Shown here in pieces: positions 1 to 13,479 of a stretch of 64,000 nucleotides of DNA. Source of the DNA: Chrysomallon squamiferum (taxonomy: Eukaryota; Animalia; Mollusca). Position 1 is the stretch's first letter. The number at the start of each line of letters is the position of its first letter. The notes beneath the pieces were generated by a model. That model saw only the letters and a program-made list of their open reading frames with translations, had not been told where the DNA came from and did no database searches. A program made the translations under genes and the position numbers. The DNA lies in contig CM022665.1 of NCBI GenBank assembly GCA_012295275.1, positions 17,298,001 through 17,362,000 on the forward strand, read 5' to 3'.

Positions 1-2
1 AT

Positions 3-216
3 AGATAAATCAGAATATGTAAAATTCACAGCCCAGTGTTTAGACAAATCTGAATGTGTAAAATACACTGGTTATAGTTCAGACAAACCAGAATATTTAA
101 AATACACAATCTAGTGTTTAGATCAATCAGAATACGTAAAATATACATGCTGCACTTCAGATAAATAAGTACATGTAAAATGCAGCTTCAAGTTTAGATA
201 AATTAGAATATTGTAA
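3..216 (+). repeat. Degenerate 39-bp minisatellite (about 5.5 units, probably continuing left of the window)
   Basis: The core AGAyAAATCAGAATATGTAAAATACAC recurs at 3, 42, 81, 120, 159 and ~196, each followed by a more variable ~12-bp segment. Confidence 0.8.
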
Positions 217-295
217 AAAAAAAAAGGCTAGAGTTATTCTGTGCTACTCATTTTCAAAATACTAGACCTACAAGGGGAAAAAAATGAAAACAAAT

Positions 296-342
<47 letters not shown>

Positions 343-923
343 TAATAGATAAATAAATAACAAAAATTAATTAATTAATTTAAAAAAAAAACAACAACAA
401 CAACAAACAAACAAACATTCATTCTCCATAATGTAGCAATCATAATTTTACATTCACTTCCAAAAGACAAATCTTTTGAATTGTGAATAATTTTTTATAA
501 GCGAGTATTGGATTCATAATTATGCTGCAGCTCAGGGCCTTAAAATCTAGGAGGGCTTTGCTTCCTATTTTCTTTAATTAACCAGACATTATTTCATTTG
601 CAACGATAATCTGCATAGTTTGTTTTCTGCTTGAGTCATCAAACTAAACGTACAAACATTAAACAGACAAAAATCACTTATGAATAATATTTCACGTATT
701 TCATCACCTGACTGCATAACTGACTATCTATCTATCTATCTATCTATCTATATAAGGATGACAAAGTGAGAAACATTTAATGGCTGAAATATGAAAATAA
801 AGTAAAGACCACATAAATTAAAATATGTTAATAATAATCTGCACACATTTATTTACTCGGAAATTTTGAATTATCAGTAAGGACAATATTGCATACGCTC
901 TGGTTTTAATGTTACGTCACACA

Positions 924-1132
924 TCTGGCCAAGCTAATTAAGAATATAAAAATGTAAAAAATACTTAAAGAGTAAAGGAGTGTGAAGAAAAAAATCATAT
1001 AAGTAAATTTTTTATTTTCTTGGTTAGATTTTAATTTGTTTTAGTTATTATATGAATTCTTTTGTTTCTAAATCTAAAGTATTAAATTTTGTAATTAATC
1101 TAACTGTTATAATACTGTATAACTTGAGAATC
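924..1132 (+). repeat. Copy 1 of a dispersed or segmental direct repeat (matches 63792-64000)
   Basis: TCTGGCCAAGCTAATTAAG...AACTTGAGAATC aligns without gaps to 63792-64000, with 4 substitutions seen in 209 bp. Confidence 0.95.
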
Positions 1133-3199
1133 AGCTGTTATGTCATTTAAATAAAACAAGGAAATATAATTTTTTACGGACATTCTGCTTTAATTGTTAC
1201 CAGCAGTTTTAATTTCAAATGTTATTAAATTAATTACTTTTCTTTTTATTATTATCTTTATTATTATTATTATTATTATTTTGTTTTTTTTTTTTTTTTT
1301 ATTGTTATTATTTTTTGAATTATTATTTTTACAAAATATATTGATTATCCACAATTAAGGGCTCATACCATTAGTTCACATATTATTTGCTGACAGATTT
1401 TTAACTAGCAGAGATTTATTTACCAAATTTATGTGAAAATGAAATTATTTTAGAGGTTTAAAAAACCTGTGATCCTTACTATTGCTACTACCATTACTAA
1501 CAATAATAATATTAATAATGATATTGAATGAGATAATAATGATGATGATGATAAAAATATAAATAAATAAATATTTTATCATTTACCATCACACAAAACC
1601 AAATAAATGAAACATACATAACGTATTTTAGATTATTATTTATAAAATTACAAAACACTGTAAGTGTTAAATGAAAAAGAGAATTCAGAAGATAAAAATT
1701 TCTAGTTTGTAAATCATTATATTAATTCAGTAGTCGTTACAGGCACATTTTCAGTTTTTCAATAAATTTTAAATGCATTACATTTTTTTGAATTATTTTC
1801 GTATGTACTGTTTTTAATATTATATTAGGCCTTTTCAGCAAGAGGCCCACTAACATAGATCAAATTTGCAGGGGCACAACAGTTTCATATAGCTGTTATT
1901 TCCCTTGTAATAACTTAATAATTACAATTTAAATATATAAAAATTTGGAAAAATAGAAACTTAAAAGTTTTATAAAGCAGATGGTAATTTAGACTTCAGC
2001 AACACAGCTAAAAATTTAATGTTTTGATCAAATACTCAGATAGCTACGTAATTACCATTTCATGCAAGCAATTGTTCTACACAATTTTACAATAGCTGAA
2101 ATGAATAAAAAGCAAATAAAAAAGGTATAATCTTTCATATTTACTTAAATTTAATATTAAAAGCAGAAAATAAATGCTTAAGTCGTATTATAAATTAGAG
2201 AATGTGATCAGAAAATTCAAAGAGAGAACTGAGCAGATTCATTTTTTTGTAAATTTATTACTATTTTATCACATACATGTAAATCATTAAATTAGAATTA
2301 ATTTAAATTGTGCTGTCTTACATAAACACTTTAACTGTATTAAATTATATCAGAAATAGCTATTATGTTGGACTGTGTGAATATTAAAATTGCATCTTTA
2401 GTGGCAGGAATATATAATACATATAATAAGATTTATAATAAAATAGTATTTAACAAACCATAACACTTTTCACAGCTGCAGTCCATAGACTAACAGGCTT
2501 TTAATTGCATATATATCTTGTTTGATATTATTTCTTTCTAGTGTCTAGACAGAATTAATGTGCTTCAAGGCAAATTATTTTTTATATAAAATAAATATAC
2601 TAACAAATTAATTTATGAAAAATATTTTACATGATATTATTTTATCATCTAACATTATAACTGATTTAACAATATATGAAAGGTAATAAGGACATAGAAA
2701 CTATAAAATGCATATATGTAACTGTATTTGTTATAAGAATCATTAATTATTGGCATTAACTGTAATACATCTCAGTATTTAGAAATAATGAAATTCAGTA
2801 GGCCTTAATAATAATCTCACTTTTATAATACTAATTTGTATTTCAGTGATTAGTAAGGAATAATTTGTTAACATTTGACCTCATATACCACATATATTTA
2901 GTTTCTGTTACTCTGTAATGTGTGATAAATATACAGAAAAAAGAAGGTGGTGCACACAGATACACACACATACACACATTTTATTTACTGAAAGTTATTT
3001 TTATAATGCATATCATAATTATATTTCTGAGTTATATTAATTCTTTTATTTCAGTATGTGATGACTGACAGATATTTTGGCAAAATAATAACGTAAGTAG
3101 CAGCAGATGTGATGAAACAATGCAGAGCTGTGAAATTAATTTAAATGAAAACAAAATATAATTACACAACATATTTATTATTAGTAAAACAAATTTAAA

Positions 3200-4200
3200 A
3201 ATATGGCAGATGAACCAGAAAATGATCAGTAGCTCTAGGAAACTAATAAATTTTTCCAAATAAGTGACAAGATTTTAGATATTACTTTCATTCTATGAAG
3301 TATACTTAATCAAAGAATTTTTGATATTAATAGAATAATATTTAGTCAGTGGTCAATGTTTATACTTGTTGGTCGCTCAGCATAAAATACTTTTTTCTCC
3401 ACAGGCATACTGATAAACCCCAATATAATGGAAATAATGGGAGGAATAAAGTAAAAAAATAAAATAAAATAATAATAAAATAAATAAAATTAAAAAGAAG
3501 GACAATATTGCATATTATTCTGAAAATATTTAAATATTGCATAAAATTTCTTGAATTTGATTCCTTTGACTATGGTTTAGGATTAAGTTGGTCCATTTTC
3601 AGATTTGCCTGTTAGAAATTTCAGGCCCCAAAAATGCAACAAAAATCATCACCTTTCATACAATAGGCTCTTTCACAAAGATTGACAGATCCAGGCACAT
3701 TTTTTCTTTAAATTTCTTAACAGAAGAATTGTCTGGATCTGTTGCAGTTTCTGTACCTTTTCAAAAAGGACTCCTATGAGTGTATTGAACTTATGGATGC
3801 ACCTATAGACTAAGAGAAAATAGGGCTCGGATTAAAGAGACTCAATGTCAGAATTTATGTTTGGGCTTTGTTAATTGTTTAATTAACATTTTAGTATGTA
3901 GCATTTGTCGCAAATAATATTCTACTCAGTTAAGATTCTATTCTCTTATACTTTGTAATTTTATTACATTTTAAAACCATGAATCCACACAATGAAAGAG
4001 ATGAGACATTTGAAACAGATTCAGATGACTCTGTGGACCATAGATAGAAAAAGAGGAAGATGTCATCATTTTCAATGGAAAGAAAAACTAAAACATTTTG
4101 ACCAAAATAATTATTACGATTTTCTTTATTTAGACCATGCAATGAATGTTTGGATACTAATTTATAATTATACCCCAGAGTGAAAACTATATCATAATTT
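3200..4200 (+). mobile_element. Possible highly decayed hAT-family (ZMYM1/P52rIPK-like) transposase fossil
   Basis: Broken reading frames give MADEPENDQ (~3202), ICLLEISG...HIFSLNFLTEELSGSVAVSVPFQK/KDSYECIELMDAPID (3600-3810) and PCNECLDTNL*LYPRVKTI (4135-4195). These resemble hAT motifs (DE..D..EQL; FIFSL..L..LS..LQ..D; dimerisation-domain YP.I) in the expected order. The match is by eye only and has many stops. Confidence 0.35.
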
Positions 4201-4268
4201 TATTTCACTGATATATTTCATGCTTTCCTACTTTAGAAGTTTAATAAATGTTTTATAATAGCTTTTAC

Positions 4269-4305
<37 letters not shown>

Positions 4306-5707
4306 GTGTCTGTGAGGTTAATGAAAATAAAAAAGGCACGTCGTTCTAGAAAATCATATGTCGCTTGCCTAAGTCATTCAAAGGATGAATACAATTTTTC
4401 AATGAAATCGTTAATGGTGCATACAGATATGACCTTTCGTTTTCACGAGTAAACATAAAATTATGTCATTTGAATAGATCAAAGGGTAAAGATTGCATTA
4501 TCGGACGTACTTTAGTCTGCTGATTGTCCAAAGATAACATAAATATTTCTAGCGATGGGTCTCGTAATCAAATTTAATTATAAGCTTATATGTACACCGT
4601 TTTAAATTCGAAAAGAATGGAACGTTTTCAGGAAAGAAATGCGTTTTGTGTAGCTTAAAATTACAGAAACTTAAAGGAACGTCACAAACAGACTCCCAAA
4701 TAATAATAATAAATTAAGGTAAAAATGTTAAAATACAAAATAAACATATTAGTAGCATCACGTAGAAAAAATGTTGTTAAAATTAACACTGAGTATCATT
4801 AATTTATAAATATACACTTCACTTATAAGTTTTATTTAGTAACCAAATTAGAGATTGGTTAATATTTAACATAATCTGATGAAAGTTCCAGTATTCACGT
4901 CAGTAAAATGCTTTTTGGAACAATTTTTTATTATCGTCAAATGATAAAGTACTTGTAAAATTATGTTTCATCTTTTTTAATTCTTAAAACTCATTTTATC
5001 ATAGTTTGATTGTTGTTTTTTTCATTACATTCAAATATATTTTATATAATTTTTAAAACCAGTTTAAGAAACAAAAACATTCTTTAAAAATAATAATTCA
5101 GTATTAAATAAAGACATGAATCTTAAATACTAATCTTTTAAAATTTAAAAAAACAAACAAACAAAAAAAACCCAACATATTTGAAAAAATGGCTTGTCAA
5201 TTAAATATGTCCTATATTTTAATTTAATTTTTCATAAATATAAATACAACAAGTAGTAATCTTCTTATAGTTACTTATTAAAGGCAGTTTTGAAAATGAA
5301 AAAAAAAAAAAAAAGCATGTAAAACCAATAATACTAATAATATTAATAATAATAATTTAAAAAAAATAAAATAAAAAGAGTTAAAAAAATAATAATAATA
5401 AAATTTGCCTTTAATATCTGAACTAACAAAACAGAAAAAATTATAAATTTGTTTGCATTGGCAATAAGGGTTTATAAACACTTTGTTTTTGAAAACTTAG
5501 TTTGACAAAGTCTTAAAATACAAAATCCATGGTTTTTCATTTAGATTAAATATTAATTTTAGATAATTTTAGATAATTATTATTATTATTATTCTAGTAT
5601 TAATAATGAATGAATAAAATAAATAAATAAGAGATAAATAAATAGATAAATAACCCCCCCAAATATCAAATTGTATATTCTGGTAACTTTTTCTTTCAGA
5701 AACAACT

Positions 5708-5930
5708 ATGAAGGTGTGTTGTTCTTGCAAGGCAGAACTTTCAGCTAACTCTAAGTTCTGTTCCAACTGTGGTCAGGAAGTTGTATCTGATGCAGAACCT
5801 ATTAACACTATTAAATGTGCATGTGGAAATGATCTGAAAATCGGTGTAAAGTTCTGTTCAGAATGTGGATTAAAGGTTGACCAAAATCATGAATCAGAAA
5901 CAGAAACAAGAAATGAACTGCTTGCTGAAG
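5708..5930 (+). CDS. RNF213: RNF213-like coding exon 1: two tandem zinc ribbons (DZR-like)
   Basis: Acceptor ttctttcag at 5699, ATG at 5708, donor GT at 5931 (phase 1). Encodes CCSC..KFCSNCG and CAC..KFCSECG. Confidence 0.85.
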
Positions 5931-8900
5931 GTAGTTTTTCATTTTTATTTCATCTTTAGGAATTTTTGTGTAGATAGGTATAATTGTCTATAAAATAATG
6001 AAATTTGTAATATACTGTTTACAATGTACAGATGCTTGTGAATCAACACATTCATTTTCCTGAATTTTATTATTATTATTTTTTTATTTTTTTGGGGGGG
6101 ATGATTACTTTTTATTTTAATATAATATTTGTCTTGTGTATTTTAATCATATGAATTAAGTTTTTCTATTCAATTTTTTGTTTTTTCTTTACATGATGCC
6201 TCAAAACTACTCTTCTTCTGAAGACATAAATGATAGGATAAAATGTTATCTTTGCAAACACACACACACACACACACACATACACATACAGAGTCTATTG
6301 TATTATATGTATGTATTATAACAATAATCTATATTTTATTATTTCTAAATGAAGGATCAAAAGACCCATCTGATATATCAGACAGTCAGTTAGAATCATT
6401 AACATTGGATGAATTTGGTACAAATAAAGATAATCCAGTAACTGAAGAAAAACACGATACAGCAGATAAAGAGACACATCCTGGAAATGCAGGAGAAACT
6501 CTGAAAGCAACAGTTAAATCTGAAGATAACAGTCACATAGAACCTTTTTCTTTTTTAGTTATAAAGCTTTTGTGTCTTTAGAGTTTTAATTTTTTTTATA
6601 ATTTAAATAGAATACTCTAGCAATATACACTGTGTACATTCAGTGATATTAAATGCAGATTATTTATCAATAAGAATAAGTACATTGATACATTTGATTA
6701 ATAAAATGCTATAAACCAATGCCTAGTTGATGATGCAAAAGAGTTCACAAATGGAATGCTGAATGTTCTCTATTACTTCTCTAAACTACTTATTTTGACA
6801 ATATTATCTATATATGATAGTTACTACCCATTCCTTAATATAGGTGTTTTTAATTCATTTTTATTTTTATTAATTTTATGGTGGTTCATTTTGGTAATTC
6901 ATTCAAACCAGGCTTTGGTGGACAAAGTCTGTAAAAAGATTGCAAAATATCTGAGAGAGAAAAAAATTAATAATAAAAAAATATCATCTATAAAAAACAG
7001 TTGTGGTTTTGAATAATATTAAAAATTATTTGTTTAAGGTCATTAAGTGTTGGTGCATTAGATGTACATCAGTGTAATAGAATTTTATATTTGATCTGAT
7101 TATTCTTTTAAATAATTTGTGATTAATTCAGTGCAGTTTGATTATCATATCCAGATTCACTGTTAAGGGATTTAATGTATGTAGTAATGTAGGATTTTTG
7201 TAGAATGTTTTTCTCCTATAAATAATTTTTCAAAACATACATAAATTGTTTATAGCCAAAATTTGAATTTAAAAATACTTGATATTTTATAAATCTAAAA
7301 AAATGTATTTGATGTATTGTCACTGTCATAATAATAATTTCAAATCATTTTCAGAAAACTGAGTCTAATCAGACAAGGAATGCAAAGATAGTAACCCGGT
7401 AGGTAAAAAAAAAAAAAAAAAAAAAGATATCTATATATACACATATAAATAAATAAAACTTAATTTTTTGTTTTTGTTATCTTTCACAATACTGGTATAA
7501 ATTCAAAATTTTGTAATTTCATAGGTTACATTTCATTAAAAAAAATATGTGTAGGATGCACAAATGCAAAGGAGTATAATAAATTATTATTGATACATTA
7601 CAAGTAAGAAGGATAAATCTAACTGGATTATAATATATAGTATTAACAAACCACTGAAACCACTCCAATCTTAATGTTAAATTAAATAAACTGAAATTGT
7701 TTCTATTATATAAATAAAAAGTGCTGTTAGACTGAGTCTATTTTCATAAAATAAAAATTACAATGCAGAAAAATTACAATTGGTTTAATTCAGTTTGCCA
7801 CAATAAATCATTATATATGCATGTCTCTTAGGAGAAAAGTTCTTTATTTCTCAATTTTTGGATTTTGGTGACAAAAGCAAGAACAGCAAATGGATATTTA
7901 CAATAATAAAATCATCACTGTCATCTGCAGTTCCCATTTTAAGCTATTTTGTTCATTTAAATAATAACTGTCTTTCAGAAAGAACACAATGTTAGAAACT
8001 TTTTCATTGTTGTTCTTAAAATAATTCATAATACAATGTTATATACAAAATATAAAGAAAAATACAATAAAAAATTACATACTGTTTCTTATTATTGTGT
8101 GTTTTAAGAAGGGCAAAGTAAAACTTAACATTTGAGTTATTTTTGACACTTGAAGATTTATTTCTACAGTTCTACAGGTGAGCCGTACATGATGTTATAA
8201 ATACCTGCAAAACAGAATATGCCTAAATTTGTTATCAAAATTATTATAGTAATATTGTTTTTCTTTTAATAAATTGATTATTAAATTATTTTTTTTAGGT
8301 CTCATGCTGATAGGGTGACAGTTGTGTTTCATGCATTAGTTCATGGCAGCAACAAAATTGAAAATGAAGATCTTTATATTGCATTTGGGACAGATGTATT
8401 AGGAAAATGGAATCCAAAAATGTGGAAGATGCAGAAAACAGAGTAAATATATATTTTTTATTTTACTTTTTAAATTATTTTAATCTACTATAATTTTTTT
8501 AATATAAAATCTATCCAGACTTATTAACCCTCCCTCAAGAATAGCCAGAAATTGACACAAAATAATTAATTATGATGACTAAAAAATTTGCAGGCATGTA
8601 GACTGAGCATTTGCTCAATGAAGTTCTATAAGGATAATGAAATTAATATTTCATACAGGTTCAAACTGAGAATATTGAATGACGACAAAAGTAAGATGAT
8701 TATTGTAAATGAGCAAGATATCAGAAATTTATTTTGAGCTAGACACCAAAAATTTATTTTGTTCTTCTTTTGTTTTTCTAGTAAATTTTATTTTATTTTA
8801 TAATGTCTTTTTCATTAAAAATAATTTTCCAATATTCAGTATATACTTTTTTCCTTTTTAACTGGACAATAACTAGTATTGGGATTGAAATTATTATTAT

Positions 8901-11900
8901 TATTTTTTTAAAAGATATTTCTAATTTAAATCTGATATACTAAAATCAATTATAAGATAACCAAAATAAATGAGAACTCCTGGTGTTTTTCAGCTGAGTC
9001 TGTAAGAAAAATACATTAAAAAGTTTCAAAAAAAAGGAAAAAAGAAAAGAGATATTAACATAATCAGATACAATACATTAAAAGACTTGAAAAGCTACAG
9101 AATGTTTGTTTATATCATGAAAACTGACTGAGCTGTAACTTTATTAGTGTTGCTAAGAGCAGAATGTCTCAGAAGCATTAAATGAGAAAAATATTCCTTA
9201 AGACTGTCTTTCTGTTCAGTCCTGATGTCAATAGCAATAATGCATTTTAGCCCTAAAACTTGAGAAAACAAGTCTGAATAGAGTTGTGTCATAATTTACC
9301 ATTGTATGCATACTAAAGAAAAAAAAGGTTTGTCCTTTTATAATGCTACATTTAAGCCATAAATGTTTTCCAATATTACACACAGTTGAAGATAATGATA
9401 TGTTTACAAATATGATACTGCAGAATAACAAATATTATGTATTAATAACTGTAAGAAAGTAAATATATATGTCTGTTTAAAACAGAACTGTATATGTACT
9501 GAAAAACTCTGATGTCATAACAAATTAGAATAGAAACTTAGATAATTTTTATTCAATTTCTTTATAAACTTTTTATGTTCTGTTATATTTTCTTTTCTAA
9601 TTTAAAATGTTTAATTGTGTTAAAAAAAAGAAAGAAGACGACTAGAATGAGAAAAAAAAAAAAGAAAGAAATAAGATTTCAGAAAATTAAAAGGTGTAAC
9701 ATTAACAAATACCTATCAACTTTGAAAGGTAGAGTAATATTACATTTTGATTCCAAATATTTAAAAAATCATTTTAGACAGTTCAAATACAAATCAGTTT
9801 TATACTGTTCATTTAACACAAATAAGTTTTATACAGTTCATTTAACACAAATCATTTTATTAATTTATTTTTAAATATAATCTTTAATATGTTTAAAATT
9901 GGATTTTAAATTTTGTTGTGTAATATGTTTCTGTTTACATTTTTGCTATGAAGTGGTTTAAAAAAAAAAAACATTTCTTTTTAATCTCCAAATGTTTTGT
10001 TTTGAATGCTTTTATTTCAGAGATATAACTTCTGTTAAGTATCCATTTATATCAGTGGCCAAGGAAGAGCAACATTTTGATTTATAAATCTGTTTTAATA
10101 TCTGAACTTTGCTGAAACTTTTCAGCCATATGCTGTTTCTTGCTCCTGATTTTCAGACTGTGAGCCCAGTATTTGCTTTTTTCAGCCTGACTGCTGGTTT
10201 GCCTAAAAAAAATTATATGGTAAATTTACAGTAGTCTGCCATTTTCTATGGTTAATGGATTAGCTCAGAAAAAATAATAACAATAAAAATAAATAAAGCA
10301 AATGATTTAAATCAGTCAATCTTTTATGGCAGAATTTGTCTGATTCTTTTTTAATTTTTTTTTCAGTAAATCTGCTGAATGCCATGAGTATATTTTACCA
10401 GTACAGATGCCAAAAGATACCCGAAATGGAGATTTTAAGTATAAATATGTCTTCATTGAAAAGAATCATGATCCTGTTTGGGAATGTGTTTATTTTATGA
10501 AAGCCAAGACGGGCCAGAAAGATCCAAACAGAACATTTCACCTTCCATCTGAAAAAAGAAAATCTTTGGGTAACTATTTTTTTAATTTATTATTTTTATG
10601 ATTTACCTTTGATTCATGATAGAGTAAATGGCATGTTGTAACAATATTTTGAAAATAAATGTTTAGGCCATGAATATTAGTATTCCCTTTGTTTTATTTC
10701 CTTTACTTTCTCAGTGTTTATGGAATTTAAACTTTGACTTTAATTTTGTATTGGTAGCCCATTTAGCAGATGCTTACTTTCAGTATCCTATTGTACCTTT
10801 TAGTAAGACTATTGCTTTATGGATAATATGCAGAGCAGATATATTTAAGACACAATGCACATGTGCATGCGCACACACACGCACACACGTGTCACGTTTT
10901 TATAAACTGAGAAAATGTAGTTTTTTTCTTAAAAAATGGTGAATCTATCAATTTTGAGATTTTCTCTGTAAGCAGTCCTTTAGCTATCCTTTTATTGATT
11001 TCCACTGTTGATAGCATCTAAGTAATATTTTTTCCTGCATTATTAAATGATTTCTGTAAAGGGATGGAAATTCATTCGCAAAACAACAATATTGCGTTAT
11101 TTCTGTTTGGGTAATTTTGAGACAATCCCTGACAAACCAGGCATCAGCAGAAAGCTTGAAACATCATCTTTCCATATAAGGGCATCAATATGTTAATAAC
11201 TGTGCTTTTCAACCACATAAATTGCTTAGAACATACTCTCTTTAATCTTCAGCAGTGTAAACTATTTTGTTCATGTGATAGGTCATTTAATAAATCTATA
11301 AATAAATTATTGCACATTGGGTATTCCATCACATGGCAGCTGACCTAGATAAAAGAAAAAGAAACAAACAATAGTGTTTAATGTTGTTAGAAAAATAAAT
11401 GTTATCATGTACAGTTCAAAGAATATTTTTTAATGGATTTGACAGTGAGACAGACAAGGACAATATTTTTACTGTTAGTGTTTAGTGGTAAAACAGTGAT
11501 TCCTGGCTTTAATAATATTCATACATACACAAGTAAATACAGCCTTTGTTATCAAACATGGTAATTACATAAACAATTATTTTTCAATATAAAAATGCTC
11601 AGAATATATTATTCATAAGCAGTTAGATCAGCCTGTTTAATTTTGTCTATCAGAGTAATGTATTTTTCTTTTTAGTAACAGTGATCTAAATTACAAGGGA
11701 TAGTTAATTATTTCTAACAATAATTTTAAATTAAATATTAATACAGTATGAAGAAAAAGACATTAACTGATATATGTTGAAGTCAGATTTGTCATATAAA
11801 CCAAAGTGGTAGTGATTTTTCTAAATGATGGTAGTAACTACAAAATAATTAAACATCTGCATTTTTTTTCCAATAAAGATATTGTATTTGTATTAGCAGA

Positions 11901-12964
11901 ATATCATAATACTGTTGATATTTTTAAGTTGGCCAGATTTGATCAAGATCTCTCCATGGTAACTAAGGTAAATACCACGACAATAAATCAAATACTTTAA
12001 AAACCATTCTCACAAAATTGGGTCTATGCAACCCAGAAATGAATTTAAAGAATTGGCATGCAAACTAGGAGCTTGCATGAATCTCTGAGACTTCATGTCA
12101 GTCAAAACATGGTTGGTCTACTTTGGTAACATTACCAAGTAATGAATTCTGTTGAAAATAATCAAATGATGTATCAAATATCTTTACTCTAGAGGTGGAT
12201 TCACATGCTGAAAATCAAATGATTTTTCAAACATATTTATTCTAGAGGTGGATTCACATGCTGAAAATCAAATGATGTATTAAATGTCTTTACACTAGAG
12301 GTGGATTCACATGCTGAAAAACAAATGGTATATTAAATGTCTTTACACTAGAGGTGGATTCCCATGCTGAAAATCAAATGGTATATTAAATGTCTTTACA
12401 CTAGAGGTGGATTCACATGCTGAAAATCAAATGGTATATTAAATATCTTTACACTAGAGGTGGATTCCCATGCTGAAAATCAAATGGTATATTAAATGTC
12501 TTTACACTAGAGGTGGATTCACATGCTGAAAATCAAATGGTATATTAAATGTCTTTACACTAGAGGTGGATTCGCATGCTGAAAATCAAATGATATATTA
12601 AATGTCTTTACACTAGAGGTGGATTCACATGCTAAGAATCAAATGTGCTGATGTTTAAAATCAATGTTTGACTCCCTCCAACTTTGGCAGATTGCCATCT
12701 GACTAACTAGTAAACTGTTATATTTATTAATGGTATTCTGTGAATGTGGAACAATAAATGAAATTTGGATGTAGCTTATATAATCTGTCTAATTCATACA
12801 GAAATTGATTTGATTGTTATTTTTTTGACCACTGAATTCTTTTGACTGGTACACACACACAAATATATTGTTTATTTTCATAAATCTCTATAATCATTAA
12901 ATTGTTTTTTAATTGTAACTAAACACTGGTAAAATAATCTTCACTCCAAAGAGTAGGCATTGTA

Positions 12965-12998
<34 letters not shown>

Positions 12999-13445
12999 TG
13001 ACTGTTTATAAAAAGGAGATAATTTGATGATTATATTTTATATCTGTTTTAAATATTTCAGATGAATGGCACCAGTATGATGGCTTTGTTTATCATCCAT
13101 GCAGGGTTTTTTTTCAAAATTTAAAGAAGATGTTCCTTACAAATGAAACAGAAAAAGCAAAATATGAAACAAAACAGGCTGCTGAATACTTTCTTCCCTC
13201 TGCACAAGATATAATAAAGTCTTTGAGCAACAAAGATAGTTCAGAATCAACAGAAGATATTTTGCAAAAGATTTATAACATTATGAACTGTTTGAGGATT
13301 CAGATGGTTCACTCACATTCTGGATTTACTGATGAAAAGTGTTTTTCAGATGTAAGTGTATGTTTAAATATCAGAATATATATATATATATTTGTATGTA
13401 TATATGTATCTACATATATTTTTGTTCATGTTTTAGTACATTTGA

Positions 13446-13479
<34 letters not shown>

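Noticed and set aside
3-216. CRISPR-like repeat/spacer appearance
   Set aside because: The variable parts are only about 12 bp and related to each other, the repeats are degenerate, the context is eukaryotic and no cas genes are present.
879-3514. 17-bp exact match AAGGACAATATTGCATA at about 879 and 3498
   Set aside because: There is no extended homology; it is compatible with chance in very AT-rich DNA and has no element structure between the copies.
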